Below, in pieces: positions 1 to 10,600 of a stretch of DNA of 64,000 bases. Position numbers and translations under genes: made by a program. This stretch comes from Lingula anatina (lineage: Eukaryota > Animalia > Brachiopoda): assembly GCA_051362555.1 (NCBI GenBank), contig CM120644.1, positions 17,258,534-17,322,533 of the forward strand, written 5' to 3'. Every line of letters starts with the position of its first letter. Position 1 is the first letter of the stretch. The notes under the pieces are model-generated. The model saw nothing but the letters and a program-made list of their open reading frames with translations, ran no database searches and was not told the DNA's origin.

Positions 1-176
1 ATAAATATGTATCTGTATAAAGTTTAGAAAAAGCTTTGTCAGTTGTTTAGTTATTGGCTGAGATAAAATAATGACTTTTTGTTGTGAGCTAGTAATAATC
101 AGGAGGCCTTTGGAGATTGGTCTCACTGAGTTAAATTAACCCCACCAAACTGGAAATTCACCTTTATATTTTCTAG

Positions 177-3100
177 CGCTTCTCTGGAAGAGGAGAAATC
201 TCACAGCCGCCATTTGAAAGAAGAGCTTGAAAATGAGCGGTACAGCAAAAAACAGCTGAGTGACTCTTTGAACGAAGAAAGGAGACGGAGTCTCAATTCC
301 AAGGAGAGAGAAACAAAGACCATAGAGGTAATGTAGAACAGAAGTGTTTATTAGAGGTATTCATATATTACATGCATATTAGGTTGTAAAAAAATATCAG
401 TTAAAATGCAGAGTCATTCTCCTGAAAGTTTTAACTTAAAGGGATAATAACTCTTCGTTTTGGCCAAAAAATGAATTTTCCTGGAGCAAACAACAATTTT
501 CCCGTACTTACCAATGGTTAATGAATCAATTTTTACATTCAAAGTTAGTTCCTGGTTTTTTTCTAAAAAGTTTGTTTTTTTCTTAAAATCTCTTAAGAGA
601 TTATAACTGAGTATAGCCATCAATGGAGGTCACGTGATCTGAAGACAAGCTCAGATATCAGAATAATAGCTATAACTGCTGTTTTTGTGGTAAAACAGAA
701 TATATTATATTTCTATGAGTTGTTCACAATGTTTTTTTTGTGAAATATAGATATCATACAAAGAGTTATTATCCCTTTAAAGACAGTCTCAGCGCGTTAA
801 ACCCTTAAAATAGCACGAAAATGAATTTTCCTGGAAATCTCACCAATTTCCCCATAATGACCAAGGTATATCCTATCCAAAACCGTTGAGAAAATGAACC
901 TACCTAATACCGTTTTTAAGTTCCATTAAATAATAAAAGACGACTCGTCTTAAATACTCAGCTACCACCTCACAGTACGGCTTCAGAACGCGCAATTTCT
1001 CGCTAAGTCTCGCGGTTTACTATGAATGAAGTACTACGGCTGAGACCCGGATGTTACTATTTGGCGCCAAAACAGCAAACATGGCTCAGACGCGCGTCAA
1101 GTCTGAAGAGGAGAGCGACAAAAGGGGACGAAAGAAAATAGCCACTCCAGTTCGAAAGATACGAAAGAAAATTAGAGACAGACGAAGAAGCACTCAGACT
1201 GTGTATGTTGGGAGGGAGGTGGGGCGGTGGAGGACACTTAAAGCTGAGTTAGGACTCACATACGAGGCAATGGCGAAACTACTCCTCGACACGTGAGTAT
1301 GCGCTTCACAGGTCTCAAGTGTGTCTGATTATCATATTATCCTGTTCACAATAAATGACAATATTTGTGCTCATACAAAGTTGGTTACGTGTATAAGAGC
1401 GTTTTGGGCTTTACGTTGTCTATTTTTGATCGGTACATGTACCGAAAAGATGGACAGGCGGCACTTACATGTCTGACAAGTTTCGCTGTGTAGTCGTGAC
1501 GTCTATCTCATTCTGACTGAAGCCTGCTGTGATTGGTCGTAAGCGTGGGAAAATCGAGGTCGTGACCTTGAGCCGGAAGTACTTCTGGCTGTGCTCCGAA
1601 ATCATGATAAATAGTTTTCGTTTTCTAATTCTTTATTCTAGTTGTCTTAACAGGACTTTTGTGACCCAGACTTATTAATATAATAATAAACAATCTCACA
1701 AAACACAAATCTGATCAAAGCTTTACATAGAACCTGCTTCTATACATTAATCTAACCCACTGAGACTGTCTTTAAAAGACTTGTCTTGCCTTGGCAGTAG
1801 AAGTCCTCTAGGTGGCAGCACAAACAAAACTTAGTTGGAACCACTTGCTACACCCCAGAATTGTCATAAAAGTCTTTAACCACCAGATGGTTGATGATCA
1901 GATTGAAACATCTGATGTCCAAACACCAAGTGGCAGCAGAATTATAGCCTAACTGCTGTTGTTCAACCACTAGATGGCAGCACAGGTATTACAAAGTTTT
2001 AAGCACTGATGATGCTGATGCTTCATTGTTACGTTTTAGCAACTTCAATATGAGCTTGATCAGGAGCGCGCCCTGCACACAGAGGTGAGGACGAGCTATG
2101 AGAAGGAAAAGCTGTGTGTGGAAAACATGCGCAGAGACCTTGAGCTGCAGGGTAACGAGGCCCGCAAGCTGGAGAACAAGTACAAGGTGAAGGTGGCGGA
2201 ACTCATGACGGCCTTGGAGATGGAGAAGGCTAGGAATGAAGAATATAACACGTAGGTTATTTGCTCCACTCCATCATATCGCGTTTCTTTGATTATAATG
2301 GTGAAAAATGATGAAATATGTTGTTCAGTTTAATATTCAAGATATATATTCAAGACTTTATTTTGAAACAATTTTCTGAAAGCTGATAAATAAATTTAAC
2401 AAGCCCAATTTTGTCTTTTACTTACTCTGTTTATATTTTAATGCATTTGTGTTTAATATTTATGTATTTGTATTATATTTTGTCATTATGTTTAAAATAA
2501 TTATCCATTGGCAAGGCTGTTATATTGTGCTTTTTCACCAAATGCCTTCTTCGTTCAATTTAACTTTATATATGATGTCATACTCTGAAGTTCTGCAGTG
2601 ATTTCTTTCACCTTTTTACTTGTGAAATAAAAATTTGAATAAGATAAACTCAAGACTCTATACATAACAAAATTGTTGTTGTAGTGCTCTACAAAGACAG
2701 CAAAGTGTCAGCAACCAGTTACAGACTGCACTGAGCGAGGAGCGGAGCAGCCTGAACGAGTCCGCGCTAAGAGAGAGGGCGCTTATAGCTGACCTGCAGG
2801 CCATGCTGGAGCTGGAGAAGAGTAAAGTTCTGGACATGCAGGCGGCCCTGGAGAGGGACAGGTATAAGGTACGTGGAGAGGACAAATAAGAAATAAAATG
2901 GGAATTGGAAGTCGACTTTCGAGTTGTATGCAGATTTATGTGAATGCCTAAGTGTGATGTTAAGCTGTGGAAGATTGCTCTTAAGGTAGTGTGATTTCCA
3001 TCATTTGAGACATGTAGAAATCAATATTCAAAGAAATTTCGTAACAGTAATTATAAAAAATTCACAACAGTTATCATAAAGAGATTGTTGCCACAAATAA

Positions 3101-3505
3101 TTATATAAGCAGTCAAGACTTTTTATAGTGATATCTCAAAAACATGCAGGCTGTTCTGGAGAGAGCCATATTCAAGATACATAGGCCACAAGGGCCAGGT
3201 TATTTGACATACTTCAAATACAGAGTTGGTCTATAAAATCTGAAATAATAACTATATAGAAAAATTATACTGCAATGAGGGAAATGTATGAAATTTGCTT
3301 TTTATTTATTTTTTATTTAAATTTATTCATTAATACCCTAGGTGACCAGTTTGAGTGCGAGCCTGGAGACCACTAAGACGGCAGCTGCAGAGGACATTGA
3401 GAGGGAGAGATCAGCCAGCAGACAGCTCAGGAAACAGATAGATACCCTACAGGTGTGTGTGTGTGTGTGTGTGTGTGTGCGCACACGTGCATACGTGCGT
3501 GCATA

Positions 3506-3553
<48 letters not shown>

Positions 3554-6500
3554 AAGTGTCAGTTTTGATTTCGTTTCATTCCTTTCATTCACATATTTTT
3601 CAGTTCTTTCGATGGAATGTCATAATGAACTTCAATATAGGGCTTATTTACTCAATTTATAAACGAAATTCATGAATTCTTAAAAGATGATCTTAAAGTT
3701 TTGAAAAGTCACATCAGAGAAAGAGTGTGAGTGAGTGAATATTGTTAATGCTGAAAACAAATTATTGAAATATTGAGGAGTTTGCAGTTTCTGAGTAGTT
3801 ACTAAATTTTTTTAGCTCCAGAAGCAAGACCTTCAGAGACAGCTGGACTTTGAGCGGGAACGTTCCATCCAGCTCCAGTCTGAACACGACCGTGTCTTGG
3901 AGAACCTGCAAGCTGTCAAGGAGAAGGCGATGAAAAAGGACGAAGAACGAGATCTGGAAAGACAGCACGAAAGACAGAGACAGAGAGAAAGTGATAGAGA
4001 GAGAGAACAGGACAGGCAAAGACAGGTATGTCGTAATATACACATGGGCATGGTTTGGGTTATAGTGATTAAGATTTAGGAAGGGTTTAGGGGGGTAGGT
4101 CACAAAACAACCTGGAGAAGAAAGTTGAAAACTAAAACCAATACAGAGAGTTAATAAAACAAGTAACAAACATGAAATATGCCTGTGTGATGCAAGAAAT
4201 TGTAATTTTTAAAGGTCTTTATATCATTGGATTGGCTTTCAGTTGTGAAAAAAAAATTATGATGTGATAGACAGCTATTACGACTGGACCAAAAATATAG
4301 TGCTTAACTTAACAGTTTAAAATAACCTCTCATTGAGTGTACCTAGTCTGCTTCATGCAGAGTAACAATGAAGTCCCCTCTTCCTGATTTCAGCACGAGA
4401 CAGACGCCGAGGTCCAGCGTCTCCGGAGTCGTGTTAGTGACCTTGAGGGTCAGTTGTCTGAGAGTCAGCGTATTGAGCTCCAGACTGCCCAGGAGAGAGA
4501 CCTGCAGAGGTTGAGGGCACTGTCCAGAGCCTCTGATGACCTGGTGGACCACATGGACAACTCTGTGGGAGGGGTGAGTTGATGAGTGATGGAAGTCTTC
4601 TGGGTGGTACTGGAGATTTGGGTGGTGTATTTGAAAATGCCCCCCTCCCCTCCCCCAAATCCCCTATGTTGCATTTTCAGGAGGTCCACTTTCATCTTAG
4701 TAAATACAGAGCATTAATATGTCATAATAAATGATAGTGGCAAAAGTGTTTTGGATTAATCCAGATATTTGGGTGTTGTAATTATGTCCACCATAATACA
4801 TGTCATATTATGCATGAGCTAGTAAAATGTTCACACAATGTTAGTTTGACTAGACGTAAGAATATGAGGTTAAAGTGTCATCATATTTTTTGTTATATAT
4901 AGTTGGACATTGCTATATAATGTAAGACACCTAGAGTTCACCCAAGCAGGGTATTTTGATCATTTATTCCGTAAGACCTCTTATTCCAATTGCTTGAAAT
5001 TTTATTAAGGATGAAAGTACAGTCCAGAGTCCCCATGGAAGTCCTAAGAAAGATCAGCTGAACCTGTATAAGAAACAGCTGGAGAGTCTGCGGCAGAGGG
5101 TCCAGCTCCAGGTGATCAGGCTTAGAGAGGAGGTGGACAAACTGGGACGGTGAGTACTCCCAGAAATAACTTGGTACTCCTGGGAATAACCGTGTTAGCA
5201 CTCCCAGGAAAAACTGATAGTACTCCTGGGAATAGCTTTGTTAATACTCCCAGAAATAATTGTTAGTAGTCCCAGAAATAACTGTTTGTACTCCAAGAAA
5301 TAACTGAGTCTATTTTGAATATTTCTGCACTTGATTTAGACTGAACATTTTCGTTTTGTGCGCTCTACTGTGTTTTGACGGATTGACAATTTAGGGACCT
5401 GGCTATTGTTTAAGAGATACATGCTCAACATCACCATTTAACCAGATTGATTTTAATTAGACTGAACAGTTGGAAGCAGTTTATGAATTTCTAATATTCA
5501 TATATCATAAACTGGTAAAATATTCATGTTTCTGATTAACAACCTCACTCCTGTACTATTTACAGTGAGAGTCAAGGCGTGGACAGGGGAGGCAGTGTGG
5601 AGGCCATGAAGAGGAGTGCTGCAGAGATGATTAATGAGCTAGGACAGATACAGACAGCTTTACTGCTAGACTCTCAGGTATAGTGTGGCTCTTCCCTCAC
5701 AAAGAGAGGCATTCAGTAACTCGGCTCTTGTGCCATATTTAATGGGCACATTTCAGATGAAGAAAGCGAAGATGTGTACTAGTTACTCTCTGACTATTTT
5801 GTTCTATTCTGTACTATTTTAAGCATAAATATTATAATTGTTATGCATACTTAAAAAGACAAATTATCAAGACTCTCCTGCCACTAGATGGCACTTTCAG
5901 TCAACCGCCTTGTGCAATTAAAAGAAAATATTGAATATTCCATCTTTTTTTCAACTCTGCCAAGGGGGATGTGCCATCAAATATACAGTTCTCAGTAATT
6001 TACCTCTATAATTTACCCAAGTTGTGAACGTGACTCTTATGATACCTTCCAGCCTGGCAGTGTGCCAATCGGCTCTCCACCAGCTCACATCCTGAATGAG
6101 AGAATCCTCCGCCATAACTCTGAACTGACGGCATTCGTGTCCCGGCTGAGTCAGGAGAAGGCAGAGCTGAGGGACACACTGGCAAACCTGGAGGAGGAGA
6201 TCTGGAGATATAGACAGAGAGAGGGGGCAGGCTCACAGGTAAGAGTTTTATTAAAGGTAAAATTTTTGGAGATACAGACAGAGAGAGAAAGGGGGGGGGG
6301 AGGGGCATGCTCACAGGTGAGAGACATGTTTAAGGTTTAATATCTGGAGATACAGACGGTGGGGGGGGGGGGGGGGGGGGGGGGGCAGGCAGGCTCACAG
6401 GTGAGAGAAAGATATATAAGGTATAATTCTTGGAGATACAGACAGAGAAAGGGGGCAGGCTCACAGGTGAGAGAGATGTTTCAGGTATATATGTTCTGCA

Positions 6501-7594
6501 TTTGAAAATGTCCCAAAGTCACATTTTCTGTGTCTGCATATCGTGTAGAGCAACTTATCTTTGCCAAAAAAAAAAATAAATAAATAAATAAATAAATAAA
6601 AATAAATAAATAAATAAAAAATTGCCAAATATTTATCAGTTCTATTTCTCAAAAATAATATTGTTGATTTTAAGTCACAAAGATTGTTTATTTTAATTGG
6701 AATAAGAATTACTAGTGTTGAACACACATAATATTCAAATTATATAAAGTGCTCTTAGTTTATTAGTCGAATAAATTTGTTATTGTGAGTCTTTTAAAAT
6801 TGTTACCGTTAGTCCTGTAAATTTGCTAGTACAAGTCCTGTAAAGTTAGAATTCTAAGTCTTGAATAAATATAATGCTCAAATTATGTGAAGTACTGAAA
6901 AATTTCTAGCGCGGGTATTTATACTATGAGGGACTTGTTGACATAAGTAATTAACCAACTGCAGCTGATATGAAGAACCTTATCTTGTTTCTGGGCAGTC
7001 AGTGGATTAGAAGATAAACTGCCATTTGATGGCAAATAGGTTTCAGCGCACAATGTAAAGTGGGTATAATACAATGAATAACCCAGGAGAAAGACTGTGA
7101 GCAAACGGGAATAAGAGGCAAGATTTACTGGTCAAAGAGATTTTAAATTTCAAACCATAATTAGGTTGGGTGTGATGAACAACAGGCAGCCACTATGGGT
7201 TCTTCAAAAGAGGAGTCCTACATTTTTTATTAGAATTTTTGACATTTTAACTCTGCTGCTCATTAGGACAAAATAATGTATATGACAGATTCGATGTTTC
7301 CTTGGATACAGGGCGGAGATCACAGAGAACGAAGGAGTTTGGACTCCGTGGAGAGTATCCTGGCCACGGAGAGAGCCAAATGGTCCCGCGAGAAGAGCTC
7401 CCTACAGATGGCGCTACGTGCTGCAGAGAAGGATTTGATCCGCAGCAAGTCGGAGGTGAACCAGCTCCAGTTCAGACTAGACAGACTGCAGAGTGGACAG
7501 ATTGAAGATGGCGCCACTGATCCTGATGTCAGGGAAAAGGTACAGACTGTTGAGGAGAATGGTTTTAATGTAGATATGACAAGCAAACCAAGGC

Positions 7595-7649
<55 letters not shown>

Positions 7650-10600
7650 GAAGTTAATCCTGGAAATTGACTAGTAAGCTACATTGGGACTTCATTAATG
7701 TCCTTTGTTCAACAAAACAATAAAGTGAATCAATATCTGAATTAATGACATTGGTGAGAATGATTATAGAGACATGACATATGTGGCACATATATGTCGT
7801 TCTTACAGACAAGCTTTTAATTTGGCCTCTTTCGATAAATTATATTCCATTAATGAATTAATTATGTTTCTCTAGAATGAAGATAAGATATTGTATATAA
7901 CTTTCAGATGCAGCGTCTGTATGGGAAATACCTGAGAGCCGAGAGTTTCAGGAAAGCCCTGGTCTACCAGAAGAAGTACCTGCTGCTGTTGGTGGGCGGG
8001 TTCAGAGATTGCGAGGAGGAGACGCTGGCCACAATAGCCAGGATGGGTGGTCATCCTCCTGCCCAAACCACAACGCTGACCAGCTCCCGTCACGGGCGAG
8101 CCTTGACCAAGTTCAGGAGTGCCGTCAGGCTGGTTATAGCCGTCTGCAGGTGCAGTAGTAACTCTCAGACTTTGAACACCTCATTTTGTTGTTTTAAATT
8201 TCCTATTTTAATTAGTTTTTTTTTTTTAAATTTAATTTGTACTTAACCCTTGGAGTTTGCAAATATGGTGATTACATACACGTTTTGAACACCTTATTTA
8301 CTTGATTTATTCTGTATATCTTGCGGAATATGTACATTGTCCTAGCAGTCAATCAGTATGATAATTATTCAGGTCTTGAAGTCTTCATTCACCTGATTTT
8401 CTGTTATTTTTGTACTTGTGTATTCCTGCCAGTTGCATTTTTTTTCCATAATAAAAAAACTCATATCTTATTTATTATTTTTTTCACATCATCTATACTC
8501 AAATGTTTTCATGTTTCAGATGAGTTATTTAAGACATGCTCTTTTCATTTTGCAGATGGAAATTTTTGCTATATAAACATTTTGTGTTGCAGGTTAAAAT
8601 TTTTAGTTAGAAAATGGAAGCGAGCTACAAAGGTGGGGTCTCCAGTGGTGACAGGAACTATTCCTAATGGTAAGTGAGAAATACTGGTTGAGATTTCAGA
8701 GTAAAGGTTGATTGACAACTGAACTTAATTTAAACCTCAATTGATTCAGATGATGATTTATAACTTTTGTTTACACACATTTTAATGCTGAAATGTAATC
8801 ACTTGCATTTATATTGTGGATATATAGTTAAATAAATATATAGATTGAAACCTACAGTTCATTTGATTAATTAATAATTCAGTATTGATAATAGCCATAA
8901 AACTTATTCTGCAGGTAGAGGATATATGCCGACAGCAAACAGCTACACCCCACCCCCTGACTACAGCCCACCTACTTCAAGGTCACACCAAGGTCACAGC
9001 CCACCCACCTCAAGGTCGCATCCAGGGTACACTCAGCCCACCTCCAGGCTGTACACAGGGACCACCCCACCCACCAAGGACTCTAGTCTCAGTCGGTTTT
9101 CTCCCGTGTCAGAATTGATGACGAGTCCTGGCAGTGCAGGGCCACGCAGGTAAGACTAAGAAATTAGACTTGTGATTCCTAAAAATTGACAATGATACTC
9201 TAGGACTGACATTTGATACTCTGATATTAAAAGAAATAAAGATATAAACACTGATTTTGTAATTCTTGTATTGACATAGTTTTTTGATACTCTGGTACTA
9301 ACTCGATATATTCTGATGAAAATATTTTAAACAGCTTTTAGAAAAGAATGGCATCACTGTGCCGCAGCCCTTTTTCCCAATAGAGAAGACAGGGATAAGT
9401 GCAAAAGCCATTTTCATCCTCTCCAATCCCTAGATGATGCTATTATTTGCATTATTTTTCCACCAAGTTTTTATTTATTTGATATTGATGTTATTTTCCA
9501 GGCAAATCCTGACAGCCCTGGACCCCCCACTGGAGCCCTCCCCCCCTCCCCCACCCACAGCCGAGGCCACGCCCACCTCCTCCCTGCCAGATGACCTGTC
9601 CCTCCATGATGACTATATCCAGAGACTGGAGAACTTACAACACAGGCTGGCGCGAGGTGAGGACGCCTTTTATAGACCTTTTTCATCTTTTCCGGAAATG
9701 GAAATTGCATTGTGGGTAGGGGAGCCCAGCTACGTCGAAACACTTAGAGCGGTGCTAAAAACCATGGCTGGGTTTACGTGCTTTTTGTCCCGCTGCTACA
9801 ATAACAGTAAGCGAGATCGACACATGAGGTTTAATAAGTTCCCAACAAACCCGTTAGAATGAAAAATATGGTAGAAAGAAAGGAAAATATAGCAGGTTTG
9901 GATCAAAAGCAGGGGACCACGTTTGCGCTGAACACTTCGAAGGCGGGAAGAAAAACTATAATATTAGGAGATCAACGGTGCTTTAATAAAAAACAGAAAT
10001 GCTTAGTTAATCAACGGATATAACGAACTATCGGCAATTAGAACTCGGGGGTAAACAATGTGAGAAAAAAAAACATTATAAAGATCTGAAGAAAAAATTG
10101 AAGAATAGGCCGGCCGGCCCTAAAAATAAAGAAAATACTTCAAGCATGAGATTATGGAAAAAGAAAGTAAAAGCTGTGAAGTTTTACACGGGGATTCTAC
10201 TTACAAAAAAATCAAGAATTTTCACGACTTTTTGTGTAACAACAAAGAGGTTTGAAAAGTTTTGTATGTAATATCCTTTTTGTGTGTGTTTTATTGATAA
10301 GTGATCATTTTAAATGTAGTAAGCCTATCACAGGTTTTAGTCTCTCATAACGCTTTGTAGGGTGGGTTCTATTTTTTTAACGTGAGACGTTAATAAAATT
10401 TTTATTATTATGTATCCAGTCCCGTATACGTATTACTGATTTGTACAAACTGGGCTCATATTATCAAGATCAACAGAGACATACGAAGAAGAAATTACAT
10501 CGGCTCTTGTTGAACGCGTTATCGGCAAAATAAAAAGTTATTTATTTCTGAACTCAATGATAAGAGAATTGGAAAATTCAATGGGCATATATTTCCAAAA

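Noticed and set aside
414-623. ORF 414-623 and the similar ORFs at 42038-42562 and 46529-46828
   Set aside because: They are translations of the same non-coding Kolobok-type repeat, not a protein family.
2981-3200. TTAAGGTAG.. segment resembling a transposon end
   Set aside because: No matching opposite terminus or second copy was found in the window.
2658-4695. Minus-strand ORFs over PACT exons, and similar antisense ORFs over TOMM22, secernin and GIMAP
   Set aside because: They are shadow frames of real exons or microsatellite translations, with no independent motifs.
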